DNA of 42,047 nucleotides from Candidatus Sungbacteria bacterium RIFCSPHIGHO2_01_FULL_50_25 (GTDB lineage Bacteria > Patescibacteriota > Minisyncoccia > Sungbacterales > HO2-52-23), in assembly GCA_001822215.1 (NCBI GenBank), contig MHQD01000026.1, positions 1 through 42,047 on the forward strand, in the 5' to 3' direction. The notes under the pieces are model-generated. The model made no database searches. It had not been told where the DNA came from and was given only the letters and a program-made list of their open reading frames with translations. Made by a program: the position numbers and the translations under genes. Within the stretch, counting starts at the first letter, position 1, and each line of letters opens with the position of its first letter. Shown here one piece after another: positions 1 through 10,550 of this stretch.

Positions 1-598
1 AGAACGAATACGTCATTTTTTTTGCCGCGGTCGCGGCAGAAAACCGATCATAAAATTCGTCGTCCTCATTTAACACCGCAACGGCGTGCTTCGGAAGCCG
101 CCAAAACAAATCAAGTTTCGCCCGAAGATACGCCTCAAAACTCCCATGGGACTCAATATGCTCTTTATGTATCGATGTCATGATCGCGCTAGAGAAACGA
201 ATAAACCGGTGGCGAAATTGGCGTATCCCTTCTGATGTCACTTCGATAATCGCATAGTCACATTCTCTGCGGCGAGCATCATGGAGGAATTTCTGGACCG
301 CCATCCGCCCCGGCATCGTCATTTTTGAAGCGTGCTCGAACGAGTCCTCCCCGATGCGAATGCCGAGGGACGAAGAGGATGCGACTCTGGCGCCGGACGA
401 CGCAAGCAGGTGATGCAGGAGGTGGACAACCGTCGTCTTCCCCTTTGTGCCGGTCACTCCGATAACGTAGAGGCGTCGGGACGGAAATCCGTAAAAAAGA
501 GCGGACCAAAAAGCCATGAAGAAATGATAAAACGGCGAAACCGCGCGAAACACGCCTTTGGGAATCATTCTCCGCAATGCTCGAATAACGCTTTCCAC
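1..598 (-). CDS. Mur ligase family protein (MurE-like), N-terminal part; the 3' end runs off the window
   Basis: The minus-strand frame stays open to position 1, so it is absent from the ORF track (no stop in window). Hand translation gives ..VESVIRALRRMIPKGVFRAVSPFYHFFMAFWSALFYGFPSRRLYVIGVTGTKGKTTVVHLL..IEVTSEGIRQFRH..KEHIESHGSFEAYLRAKLDLF. This contains the Mur-ligase P-loop GxTGTxGKTT and MurE-like downstream motifs. The start is uncertain: GTG 598 is preferred because it avoids overlap with the upstream ORF; ATG 679 or ATG 568 are possible. Confidence 0.7.
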   Translation of the reverse strand, partial: MESVIRALRRMIPKGVFRAVSPFYHFFMAFWSALFYGFPSRRLYVIGVTGTKGKTTVVHLLHHLLASSGARVASSSSLGIRIGEDSFEHASKMTMPGRMAVQKFLHDARRRECDYAIIEVTSEGIRQFRHRFIRFSSAIMTSIHKEHIESHGSFEAYLRAKLDLFWRLPKHAVAVLNEDDEFYDRFSAATAAKKMTYSF

Positions 599-608
599 AC
601 CCGGCCTG

Positions 609-1193
609 TTAGCGATGAACCCCGTTACCGCGTCCTCCCGACGATGAAAACGCTTCGCGCTCGACAGAGGTTCCCTCATTGCTTCCCGGTCCTTGCCTTC
701 TGGTAACGGGGTGAATAACACTTCCTATATATATCATGATGGTCGCGATTCCGTTCGTGAGAATCAGCTTGTAGACGAGATTGAATTCGTACGCGGGTGA
801 AAACACGGTGTATGCGGTCGACGCAATGAGCAATAAACCCCACGCGAGAACGAAATACTCGCCGTGGCGCGTGCGCCCGCCGGCGCCGGATCGCTTTGAA
901 ATCTCTTTGAGCACCACATAGATGCCAAGGGATCCGAGATACGGCTCTTCAAACGCGTCGAGTACGTTAATGAAAACAGGATAGAGCGCGTGGCTTTTCG
1001 TAAAGAAAAGAAGCGCAAGCGACGCTCCATAAAAATGAGTGAACGCGCCGAGCGAGGCGTAGAGAACGGAAAGCGCGCGGCGGCTCTCGCCGCCCGTCCG
1101 TCCGGCGGCGCCGGGCTCTATCTTTTTCCCGGACAACACGCGGGTAAAAAGAAACCACGCGCCCCTGACCGAATGATTCACTTGATGTATCAT
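609..1193 (-). CDS. hypothetical polytopic membrane protein
   Basis: ORF 609..1220. The internal ATG at 1193 avoids overlap with the ruvA stop. Several hydrophobic helices are present (FVLAWGLLLIASTAYTVF, ILTNGIATIMIYIGSVI). No family recognised. Confidence 0.5.
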   Translation of the reverse strand: MIHQVNHSVRGAWFLFTRVLSGKKIEPGAAGRTGGESRRALSVLYASLGAFTHFYGASLALLFFTKSHALYPVFINVLDAFEEPYLGSLGIYVVLKEISKRSGAGGRTRHGEYFVLAWGLLLIASTAYTVFSPAYEFNLVYKLILTNGIATIMIYIGSVIHPVTRRQGPGSNEGTSVEREAFSSSGGRGNGVHR

Positions 1194-1197
1194 TGCA

Positions 1198-1773
1198 TTA
1201 TTTCCTTCCCAGCTTCGCAAGCGCGGCCTTTATGCGCGCCTCTGCGTTTTTTGCGGAGTCTGATCCTGCGAGCGCGTCGCGCGCGTCTTTTTGCGTATAG
1301 CCGAGCGAAACGAGCGCTTCCAGGGCATCGGCCTCTTCTTTGAGCTCCGGCGCCTCGAGTATCACACCTCTCCCAGAGAGCTTTTCCTTCAATTCAAGGA
1401 CTATTTTCTCCGCTGTCTTCCTGCCGATGCCGGACACCCGCGTAAGGTAAGAAGTATCCCCCGCAGCGATTGCTTTTTTGAGCGTATCAACCGGCGCGAT
1501 TGCCAAAACCCCAAGCCCGCCTTTCGGGCCTATGCCGGAAATCGAAATCAAAAGTTCAAAAAGTTCGAGCTCGGAAAAATGTAAAAATCCGTAGAGCTCG
1601 CGCGCGTCTTCCCGGATATGCTCGTGCGTCCATAGATTGACCACGCCTCCGCTCTCCGGTATTTTACGAAGCATTTCTGCGGTTCCGAATACCTTGAACC
1701 CGATGCCGCCGGCTTCCACAATAACAAACTTCTCCCCTTTCAAAAGAATTGTCCCCCGAAGAGATGAAATCAT
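1198..1773 (-). CDS. ruvA: Holliday junction branch migration complex subunit RuvA
   Basis: 191 aa. It has the N-terminal OB-type start MISSLRGTIL and tandem helix-hairpin-helix motifs (ISGIGPKGGLGVL, VSGIGRKTAEKIVLEL) typical of RuvA. Confidence 0.95.
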   Translation of the reverse strand: MISSLRGTILLKGEKFVIVEAGGIGFKVFGTAEMLRKIPESGGVVNLWTHEHIREDARELYGFLHFSELELFELLISISGIGPKGGLGVLAIAPVDTLKKAIAAGDTSYLTRVSGIGRKTAEKIVLELKEKLSGRGVILEAPELKEEADALEALVSLGYTQKDARDALAGSDSAKNAEARIKAALAKLGRK

Positions 1774-1832
1774 ACCGATATGGTACCATGTTTTTGACGA
1801 AAAAAGAGCCGGGGGAAGCGGCTCCGTATTGT

Positions 1833-2339
1833 CTATCGCGCCCCCTGAAACGGCTGGGGGAGAAAGAGCGGTGGAAGATCGATCCTCCGTTCGGCAACGG
1901 GTTTGCCGTCTTTTTCTAGAACCGCAAAGAATGCGGGACGGGAAGGGTCTCCGATAAATTTATAGACCGTAATGCCCGTTCCTTCCACCCACGTGTTGTT
2001 TGAAAGAAGGAGAAACGCCCGCGTTCCTCGTTCTGATACGACGCGTTTTGCCACCCAGCGTTGATGGCGCTCGACGACGAATGAATGTACTTCGGCAAAG
2101 CACGCGGGGTGGAATTCCTTCCGGAATCGTTTCGCGTAATCGGGCTGGTAGGCAAACACGCGTTTCCAGGCGCGGTGGGCGTAGTCGCTCGCGTTGTCAG
2201 AGGACACAGACACCTGCCGGAGAACCCACGAAGAATCATCAAATGTTATATCATCTGGGCAAGGCGGAGTCGCTGTTTCTGCGCGCGGGAACTCTGGCAA
2301 AAAAAGGAGCAAAAGAGCGGCAAGAATAAAAGCGTTCAT
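1833..2339 (-). CDS. hypothetical secreted protein
   Basis: ORF 1833..2390. The internal ATG at 2339 is preceded by GAGGAG 5 nt upstream and gives a signal-peptide-like N-terminus MNAFILAALLLLFLPEFPRAE. That start also removes the overlap with uvrB. Confidence 0.6.
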   Translation of the reverse strand: MNAFILAALLLLFLPEFPRAETATPPCPDDITFDDSSWVLRQVSVSSDNASDYAHRAWKRVFAYQPDYAKRFRKEFHPACFAEVHSFVVERHQRWVAKRVVSERGTRAFLLLSNNTWVEGTGITVYKFIGDPSRPAFFAVLEKDGKPVAERRIDLPPLFLPQPFQGAR

Positions 2340-2374
2340 CGGATCTCCTCTGTTTTTTTCGACGATATCACCCA

Positions 2375-4342
<1,968 letters not shown>

Positions 4343-4355
4343 GAAATGGACTTCG

Positions 4356-4421
4356 CCCGGTAGTAGTCTTCGACCATTCTCGTATTTGCCGCATTGTGGC
4401 AGTCGAAGAGTTACTACCGGG
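4356..4421 (+). other. long imperfect hairpin 14 nt downstream of the uvrB stop
   Basis: CCCGGTAGTAGTCTTCGAC (4356-4374) pairs with GTCGAAGAGTTACTACCGGG (4402-4421). That is about 19 bp with a one-nt bulge and a 27-nt loop, followed by TTT. It could be a terminator or processing structure. Confidence 0.35.
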
Positions 4422-4490
4422 TTTGAGCGCGCAGCAAAAATTCGGGACCGAATTAAGAAACCCTCAGGCGAAAAATAAATATTAATTTTG

Positions 4491-4519
4491 TTGACTTTTT
4501 TATCAATACGTAGTAATCT
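4491..4519 (+). promoter_or_regulatory. sigma70-like promoter of rpsT
   Basis: TTGACT (4491-4496), a 17-nt spacer, then TAATCT (4514-4519). The rpsT ATG is at 4528, so the transcript would have almost no leader and no SD. Confidence 0.45.
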
Positions 4520-4527
4520 TTTGTGGT

Positions 4528-4797
4528 ATGCCAATCACAAAATCAGCAAAAAAAGCGCTTAGGCAGTCAGAACGCCGCCGCGAGCGAAATACAGAAAAAA
4601 AAGAAGCATATCGAATGCTTCTTAGAAAAATCGAGAAATCCGTATCAACCGGGAAACTTGACGGTATTGATGCCGCACTCTCCGCATTTTATAAAGCAAT
4701 AGATAAAGCGGCAAAGACCCGCGTCATCGCAACACACAAGGCGTCTCGTTTCAAATCCCGCGCGGCAAAACTCGTTTCTGGAGCGCTTAAAAAATGA
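4528..4797 (+). CDS. rpsT: 30S ribosomal protein S20
   Basis: An 89-aa basic protein. MPITKSAKKALRQSERRRERN is the S20 N-terminal signature. Confidence 0.95.
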   Translation: MPITKSAKKALRQSERRRERNTEKKEAYRMLLRKIEKSVSTGKLDGIDAALSAFYKAIDKAAKTRVIATHKASRFKSRAAKLVSGALKK

Positions 4798-4812
4798 AGC
4801 GCATAAAAACGC

Positions 4813-5712
4813 TTACTTTCGCATAAGTATGCGTTCGAGCGAGTGTTCCGGGGTTCGCTCCCCGGTTTTTATTTTGCGGTCTTCTTCCCAAAGCAAACGA
4901 AACAGGCCGTGAAAGGATTCTCCGGCCATGTTTCGCGCGACGACGGCGGCTTTTTTTTGGACAAACGGATGAATGCGAAACGACTGCGGAACAGGGATGC
5001 GCTTCTCAGAGAACAGGCGCACGGCGGCAAGCGTTCGCGCGTGATTCGCTAAATACGCAAATAGGCCAAGTGCGTCCTCTCCCGCGCGCAAAAGATTCAA
5101 AATATGGAAAAGCCCTTCCTTTTTTGATGTAAAAAAGGTATCTCCGAGAGAAAACACCGATGATGAAACGTTTTTTCTGTACGGCGCCTGGCTCGCCGCT
5201 ACCGCGAATTTATCGAGCTCGTTTACTGTCCTCCACAAATCTCCGCCGTAGGAAAGAAATCTTTCTTTGTCCTCGCACGAAAGCGAAATCGATCGGCGAG
5301 ACGCTTCGCTCACGATCCAAGATTCAAGCGCGCGGCCTTCGAGCAAAAGAAATTCCTGCTCTTTTTCCGCATAAGGCATTGCTTTCGCGAGCTTTTCGGA
5401 GGCGCTTTTTGTGATTTCCCGATCCCAAAATATCAAAAATACTTCTTTTGATTTTGCGGAACGCTTCGCGAGTTCAGCGAACGGTTCAAAATCTGCTTTC
5501 CCGGAAAACGGATATCGAAGAACGACAAGCCGCTTTGCTGAAAAGAGCGATCCCGACTCTGTTGCCGCGCGGACTCGCGCCGGATCGTCTTCATCGGCAT
5601 CGAATTGATGCACTTGGAAATTCGCTCCGGTTTTTTTCCGGTATTCTTCGATTATTTCATTGAGCTTGCGGCGCGACCGATATGTATCAGGGCCGTAGAG
5701 AAGGTAGAGCAT
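4813..5712 (-). CDS. holA: DNA polymerase III delta subunit
   Basis: ORF 4813..5730, where 5730 is a GTG; the first ATG is at 5712. The N-terminus LYLLYGPDTYRSRRKL and the ~300-aa size fit HolA. The call rests on family-level resemblance only. Confidence 0.72.
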   Translation of the reverse strand: MLYLLYGPDTYRSRRKLNEIIEEYRKKTGANFQVHQFDADEDDPARVRAATESGSLFSAKRLVVLRYPFSGKADFEPFAELAKRSAKSKEVFLIFWDREITKSASEKLAKAMPYAEKEQEFLLLEGRALESWIVSEASRRSISLSCEDKERFLSYGGDLWRTVNELDKFAVAASQAPYRKNVSSSVFSLGDTFFTSKKEGLFHILNLLRAGEDALGLFAYLANHARTLAAVRLFSEKRIPVPQSFRIHPFVQKKAAVVARNMAGESFHGLFRLLWEEDRKIKTGERTPEHSLERILMRK

Positions 5713-5799
5713 ACCAATATCGTATACCACTTGGTCTCTGTGTGTAAAATACTGAATCCCGCACGTGAGTACGGGACGGTTTCCTCCTTTCTGGCTCGT

Positions 5800-6066
5800 C
5801 TACGGCGAGCCGATGAGTATTATGATGAGAACGATCGCGGCGTAGACCGCGATGGTCCACGGGCCGATGCGCGCCCAGAGGAGATGGTGAAGCTCTGTGA
5901 GCCGCGGCGCGGTCCATTCCTGAAGAATGAGAACCGGACGGACAGCAACCGTGCGGGCGGCATCTCGCCACCCAAGGACCATGAATGAGAACCACAGGGG
6001 TGAAGAGGCAAGAACCCACGCGAGCGCCACCGGAAGAACCAGAATCCACGCGATCAAGTACGCCAT
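5800..6066 (-). CDS. small hypothetical membrane protein (88 aa)
   Basis: Hydrophobic helices are present (AYLIAWILVLPVALAWVLA, WTIAVYAAIVLIIILI). A canonical SD, AAAGGAGGTG (6071-6080), sits 4 nt before the ATG, and there is a strong upstream promoter. Confidence 0.65.
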   Translation of the reverse strand: MAYLIAWILVLPVALAWVLASSPLWFSFMVLGWRDAARTVAVRPVLILQEWTAPRLTELHHLLWARIGPWTIAVYAAIVLIIILIGSP

Positions 6067-6070
6067 GGCG

Positions 6071-6118
6071 CACCTCCTTTTCTACTCTATATTATATCAT
6101 AAATACAGAATTTTGCAA
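6071..6118 (-). promoter_or_regulatory. promoter plus SD for the 5800..6066 gene
   Basis: Read on the minus strand: TTGCAA (6118-6113), a 16-nt spacer, then an extended -10 TGaTATAAT (TATAAT is plus 6091-6096, TG is plus 6098-6099), then SD AAAGGAGGTG (6071-6080). Confidence 0.55.
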
Positions 6119-6166
6119 ATATTGCGCTTTTGCTTTGATTTTCAAGCCCGAAAGAAAAAAACATGA

Positions 6167-6204
6167 ATGTATCTATCCTACGCTATAGCGTAGGATAGAT
6201 ACAT
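6167..6204. repeat. 38-bp perfect palindrome, copy 1 (variant A)
   Basis: ATGTATCTATCCTACGCTATAGCGTAGGATAGATACAT. Its two 19-nt halves are exact reverse complements. It lies 50 nt downstream of the polA stop. On the minus strand it is followed by TCATGTTTTTTT. Confidence 0.95.
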
Positions 6205-6253
6205 CGGTATTTTTCAAACTCCTAAAAATTTAATCACTCTTTTTCCGGTATTC

Positions 6254-8854
6254 CTATTTTCCCCAATTGGGGCCGGTGTGGACATCAATAACAAGCGGAA
6301 CTTTTAAACTCGCCGCGCTTTCCATAAGCGCTTTTATTTTTTCCACCGCCGTGTCCGCAAAATCTTTTTGTATCTCAAACACGAGCTCGTCGTGCACCTG
6401 CAAAAGCATGCGGATTTTTTCTTCGAGGTTTTCCCGGCGCACCCACTCATCAATTTTTATCATCGCGAGCTTTACAATGTCGCCTGTCGCTGTCCCCTGT
6501 ATCGGCATATTTACCGCCATCCGCTCTGCCTCGCGCTTCACTTGCCAATTAGAAGAATAAATTTCCGGAATATAGCGGCGGCGGCCAAAAAGCGTCTCGA
6601 CGTATCCGTTCGCTTCGGCAAATTCTTTTGTTTCCTGGATGTAGTGTGCAATTCCGGAAAAATCGCGGAAGTATTCGTCTATAAACGCGCGCGCTTCATC
6701 CCGCCCCATGCCGGCGGAGGCCGAAAGGGCTGATGCACCCATGCCGTAGAGAATCCCGAAATTCAATGTTTTGGCCGCGCGCCTTTGCTCTGCCGTCACG
6801 CTCCCAAGCGGGATATTGAAAACCTCGGAGGCAGTCGCGGCGTGAATATCGCGCCCCGCGCGAAACGCCTCGATCATTTTTTTGTCGCCCGCCATGTGGG
6901 CCGCAACCCGAAGCTCAATTTGGGAATAGTCGAACGAGGCGAGGACAAAACCGGAAGACGCAACAAACGCTTTCCGGATTTCTTTTCCGTACTCTGACAT
7001 AATCGGAATATTCTGAAGATTCGGGTCTTGTGAAGAGAGGCGTCCGGTTGAGGTTCCGGTTTGGTTAAACGTCGTATGGATCCGCCCTGTTTTCGGATTC
7101 ACAAGCGCGGGAAGCGCATCGATATACGTTGATTCGAGCTTCGCGAGCTCGCGGTAGGAAAGAATATTCGCAATAATCGGATGGGTGTCCTTCAGCTTCT
7201 CGAGCTCTGACTCGCGCGTGGATATTTTTCCGCCTTTTTGGGTTTTCTTGAGCCCCTTTGTTCCGATTTCCAATTTCTCAAACAAAATTCGGGAAAGCTG
7301 CTGGGTTGAATTTATGTTGAATTCCTCCTTCGCAGCCGAAAAAATGTCTTTCTCGAGTTTTTTGATTTTTCCAGAAATTTCTCCGGAGAGCTTGCGCAAA
7401 AACGCGGAGTCAAGAGAAATGCCCCGCTCCTCCATTCTGAAAAGAACCGGAATAAGGGGCACTTCGATTTCGTCAAACACTTTGCGGAGCCTGCCTTCCG
7501 AAAGCTTTTTTTCGCAAAAATCAATGAGACTGAAAAAATGCGCGCCGAAGAGCGCGGGGTCATCCCCTCCGGAGATCCGAAACTCCCGCATAAGAAGGGT
7601 CTCGGGAGAAAAATCTCGGGAACCCGAAGACGCGACATAGGCCGCGATCAGAATATCAAACGAGATGGCGGTTCCAATGCCGCGGCTTCGAAGGTGTTTT
7701 AAAACGTGCTTTCCGTCGTAGGCCGCGATGGTCCCTTCAAATGCGCTTCGCGCCGCGCGGCCCGAAAGAACCGCGTCATCAATCCAATATACCTCTTCTT
7801 CCCCGCGGATAACCGCATAGAGTTCGCGGCCCTTGAGGAAAAAACCGGCTCTGCCTGCGCGAACCCCTTCCGCAATGCCCCCGAAATCCTGAATCGCGGT
7901 TATCTTCTTTGTTGAAGCGTTCGTGCTTGAAAAAAAGCTTGCTTGCGCGTCTTTTGGTTCTGGCGCGGATTTCACGCTACTCATTCTTTTTGCGAGACTT
8001 GAAAACCCGAACCGCTCGAGAACGCGGGGAATATTAGGATGCGCCTCGGGGGCATTTACCGCCGCCGCATCAAGCGAAAACTCAACCGGCACCTCGGTGT
8101 GGATCGTAGAAAGCTCTTTGGAAATCTTTGCGTCTTTTTCGCCTTCGAGAAGTTTTTTGACAACTGATTCGGAAATTGATTTTGGCCGCGTACGCTTCTT
8201 GAGCGCCTTATACATTTGCTCGATCGAACCAAACTCTTGAATAAGTTCTGTTGCGGTTTTTTCTCCGATCCCTTTGACGCCCCGGATATTGTCCGAGGGA
8301 TCGCCTTTGAGCGCCTTAAAATCAATGAGTTTGCGAGGCGTAAGGCCGTAGCGCTCGCGAACCGCGGCCTCGTCGTAGATGACCGTATCGGTAATCCCTT
8401 TTCGCATGGCATACACTTTGACGCGCGGCCGCACAAGCTGAAACGCATCATTGTCCCCGGTCACAATAAGAACTTCGATATCCTTTTTACTCTCGAATTT
8501 TTTCGCAAGCGTCCCTATGATGTCGTCCGCCTCATATCCTTCTCTTTGAATGATCGGGATACTGAAGGCATCCAGCACTTCGCGAACATATGAAAACTGA
8601 GGCGCTAAATCAGACGGCGTTTCTGGACGCTGTGCTTTGTAGCGCTCATAGACGACGTGGCGAAACGTGGGGCCCGCAAGGTCGAACGCGGCCGCGATAT
8701 AGTCGGGTTTAAGCTCTCGCAAAATCCGCAAAAGAATCGAGGTAAAGCCGTACACCGCGCCCACAGGCTCGCCAGAAGGCGACGTCAATGGCGGAAGCGC
8801 GTGATACGCCCGATGTATTATTGCATGGGTATCGAGTAAAATAAGTTTCTTCAT
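6254..8854 (-). CDS. polA: DNA polymerase I
   Basis: 866 aa. It has a 5'-nuclease domain (LLDTHAIIHRAYHA, GDPSDNIRGVKGIGEKTA) and polymerase motifs A DYSQIELRV, B RRAAKTLNFGILYG and C QVHDELVFE. I cannot find the ExoI DxE motif of the 3'-5' exonuclease domain (the region reads GFFLKGRELYAV). The enzyme is therefore probably proofreading-deficient, like Taq/Bst-type Pol I. Confidence 0.97.
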   Translation of the reverse strand: MKKLILLDTHAIIHRAYHALPPLTSPSGEPVGAVYGFTSILLRILRELKPDYIAAAFDLAGPTFRHVVYERYKAQRPETPSDLAPQFSYVREVLDAFSIPIIQREGYEADDIIGTLAKKFESKKDIEVLIVTGDNDAFQLVRPRVKVYAMRKGITDTVIYDEAAVRERYGLTPRKLIDFKALKGDPSDNIRGVKGIGEKTATELIQEFGSIEQMYKALKKRTRPKSISESVVKKLLEGEKDAKISKELSTIHTEVPVEFSLDAAAVNAPEAHPNIPRVLERFGFSSLAKRMSSVKSAPEPKDAQASFFSSTNASTKKITAIQDFGGIAEGVRAGRAGFFLKGRELYAVIRGEEEVYWIDDAVLSGRAARSAFEGTIAAYDGKHVLKHLRSRGIGTAISFDILIAAYVASSGSRDFSPETLLMREFRISGGDDPALFGAHFFSLIDFCEKKLSEGRLRKVFDEIEVPLIPVLFRMEERGISLDSAFLRKLSGEISGKIKKLEKDIFSAAKEEFNINSTQQLSRILFEKLEIGTKGLKKTQKGGKISTRESELEKLKDTHPIIANILSYRELAKLESTYIDALPALVNPKTGRIHTTFNQTGTSTGRLSSQDPNLQNIPIMSEYGKEIRKAFVASSGFVLASFDYSQIELRVAAHMAGDKKMIEAFRAGRDIHAATASEVFNIPLGSVTAEQRRAAKTLNFGILYGMGASALSASAGMGRDEARAFIDEYFRDFSGIAHYIQETKEFAEANGYVETLFGRRRYIPEIYSSNWQVKREAERMAVNMPIQGTATGDIVKLAMIKIDEWVRRENLEEKIRMLLQVHDELVFEIQKDFADTAVEKIKALMESAASLKVPLVIDVHTGPNWGK

Positions 8855-8941
8855 ACACTAAAGGAAATTTACAATTCTCAATTTTCAATGAATGTCTCAA
8901 TGAAACATTGCTCAAATGGAAAATTTATTGAAAATTGAAAA

Positions 8942-9394
8942 TTATTTACGCAGAATATAGATATCTCGTTCACTCTCCCGCTTCCCGTGCCGAAACCGGA
9001 CCCATAACGCATTTCTTGGAATCAATCGGCGGATCCGCTCGGGCCACTCGACTACCACAATCGCCCGCGTATCTTTAAAAATTTCTTTTACGCCAAGGGG
9101 CGCGATGTCGCACGCGGAACGCATGCGATAGCAGTCAATATGGACAAAATGCCGAGTCCATATGCGCTTTTGGACCGCGTATATTTTCATTATGACAAAT
9201 GTCGGACTCAATACGCGCTCGCGGATGCCGAGCGCTCGAGCAAACCCTTGCGCAAATGTTGTTTTCCCCGCGCCGAGATTTCCGGAAAGCGCGATAATTG
9301 CCGCGCCTTTCCCGACGCGCGCGCGCGCCACTTCTTTTGCAAGAATCGAGGCAATTTTTTCGGTCTCCCTCTTGTTTTTCGTGCGGATGTGCAT
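8942..9394 (-). CDS. tsaE: tRNA t6A37 biosynthesis protein TsaE
   Basis: 150 aa. The P-loop LSGNLGAGKTTFAQGFARALG and the SPTF motif are typical of TsaE/YjeE. Confidence 0.88.
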   Translation of the reverse strand: MHIRTKNKRETEKIASILAKEVARARVGKGAAIIALSGNLGAGKTTFAQGFARALGIRERVLSPTFVIMKIYAVQKRIWTRHFVHIDCYRMRSACDIAPLGVKEIFKDTRAIVVVEWPERIRRLIPRNALWVRFRHGKRESERDIYILRK

Positions 9395-9507
9395 ATTGAA
9401 AGCGTAGCAGAGGCGCTCCTTAGCGTCTAGAAATCGAAGTTGCCGAAAACGGGTTTGCGCGCCCGCGCGCCTTTTTCTTTCAACAAAGAAATTTCCAGAA
9501 AAATTGC

Positions 9508-9545
9508 ATGTATCTATGCTGCGCTATAGCGTAGCATAGATACAT
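9508..9545. repeat. 38-bp palindrome, copy 2 (variant B, one G:T mismatch)
   Basis: ATGTATCTATGCTGCGCTATAGCGTAGCATAGATACAT. It is the same element as 6167-6204 with C11>G and G28>C, plus one unpaired change (A14>G). It is followed by GCAATTTTT on the minus strand. Confidence 0.95.
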
Positions 9546-9586
9546 TATGGGTTATGGATATAAAAAGTTTTCCGGAGAAGAAAGGG

Positions 9587-9620
9587 AAACGCCGCCGAGG
9601 TTTGACCTCAAGCGGCGTTT
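9587..9620 (-). terminator. two-tier hairpin downstream of the 9729..10550 gene
   Basis: AAACGCCGC (9587-9595) pairs with GCGGCGTTT (9612-9620). This encloses GAGGT-TTG-ACCTC. On the minus strand the hairpin is followed by a T-rich run, TTTCCCTTTCTTC. Confidence 0.45.
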
Positions 9621-9728
9621 TGATTTCTCACTCTTGCGATTCACTGCAAGAGCCCCTCCTTTGCCCGCGCGCATGTGTTTCGCGCACGGGGCTTGTCTGT
9701 TGTACTACCAGCCTGGCCGGGCGGGATA

Positions 9729-10550
9729 CTACTGATGTCCGCCGCCGCCAGAAAACCCCTCCCAGTACCCGAACCGGCCCGCCTCCTGCTCCCAGGCCCG
9801 CCTCTCGCGAGCCAGGTTGTCCTCAAGCCGGCGATTCTGATACCAGTCGGTGAAGGCGCGATTCTCAGCGCCCTCGAACCTTCCGTTCATGTAGCCGAGG
9901 GAGCTTCTGCACAGGTGCGGGTAGGCCTGGCAGGTCGAAATGTGGGGAGTTGGCCCACCAACGACCGGCCTACCACCCCAGTTGGGCATCTGGGGCGGGA
10001 CACCCCACTGGTACCCACCACGATTCCTACCGCCGCGATGTCCTCCGTGCCCGCCCACTGGCACCACCTTGTAGTGATGGTGCTCATGCACCACCACGCG
10101 ACCACCACACGGCGGACCCGGCTGGATGCACATCACCGGCCCGGTGATGGGACCTGGCTGCGGATAGCCCGAAACAGGAGCGTACTGCGGAGCCGGAGCG
10201 TACTGCCCCTGGCCACCGCAGTAGACCTGACCGGTCCGCGGGTCACGGTAGACCTCGTCCCGACCACAGCTGATCGGAACGTTGTCCGTTGCCTCGAGCG
10301 CGAACTGGATGATGCCGCCGATTGCGGCACCTGCCATCGCGCCCTTGGCAGGCCCGATGTCCTTGCCGAGAATCGCGCCGCCAGCTGCCCCGGCAGCAGC
10401 GCCGATCGCGCCCGCGCCGAGGACCCTCTCCAACGACGAGTTACCATTGAAGATATCACCGAGGCCACCCGCCTCGACTCGGGTCGCGCCCACCATGGGC
10501 GCGAACATGACCGCGACGAGCGCGATCACAACCGCCACGAACTTTTTCAT
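9729..10550 (-). CDS. secreted glycine-zipper protein with a Gly/His/Pro-rich C-terminal half
   Basis: ORF 9729..10556. The second ATG (10550) lies 6 nt after AAGGAG. It has a signal peptide MKKFVAVVIALVAVMFAPMVGATRVEA and a glycine zipper GAGAIGAAAGAAGGAILGKDIGPAKGAMAGAAIGGII, followed by HEHHHYKVVPVGGHGGHRGGRNRGG. The gene is GC3-rich. Confidence 0.7.
   Translation of the reverse strand: MKKFVAVVIALVAVMFAPMVGATRVEAGGLGDIFNGNSSLERVLGAGAIGAAAGAAGGAILGKDIGPAKGAMAGAAIGGIIQFALEATDNVPISCGRDEVYRDPRTGQVYCGGQGQYAPAPQYAPVSGYPQPGPITGPVMCIQPGPPCGGRVVVHEHHHYKVVPVGGHGGHRGGRNRGGYQWGVPPQMPNWGGRPVVGGPTPHISTCQAYPHLCRSSLGYMNGRFEGAENRAFTDWYQNRRLEDNLARERRAWEQEAGRFGYWEGFSGGGGHQ

Noticed and set aside
5605-6073. 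ORFs 5605..5988 (+) and 5687..6073 (-) overlapping the small membrane gene
   Set aside because: Only the 5800..6066 frame has a canonical SD, a promoter and a membrane-protein-like sequence. The others are compositionally odd and overlap holA.
9401-9409. Partial matches to the palindrome arms (AGCGTAGCA at 9401-9409; TCTATCCT at 10805-10812)
   Set aside because: Matches of 8-9 nt are expected by chance in 84 kb of two-strand sequence. They lack the second arm.
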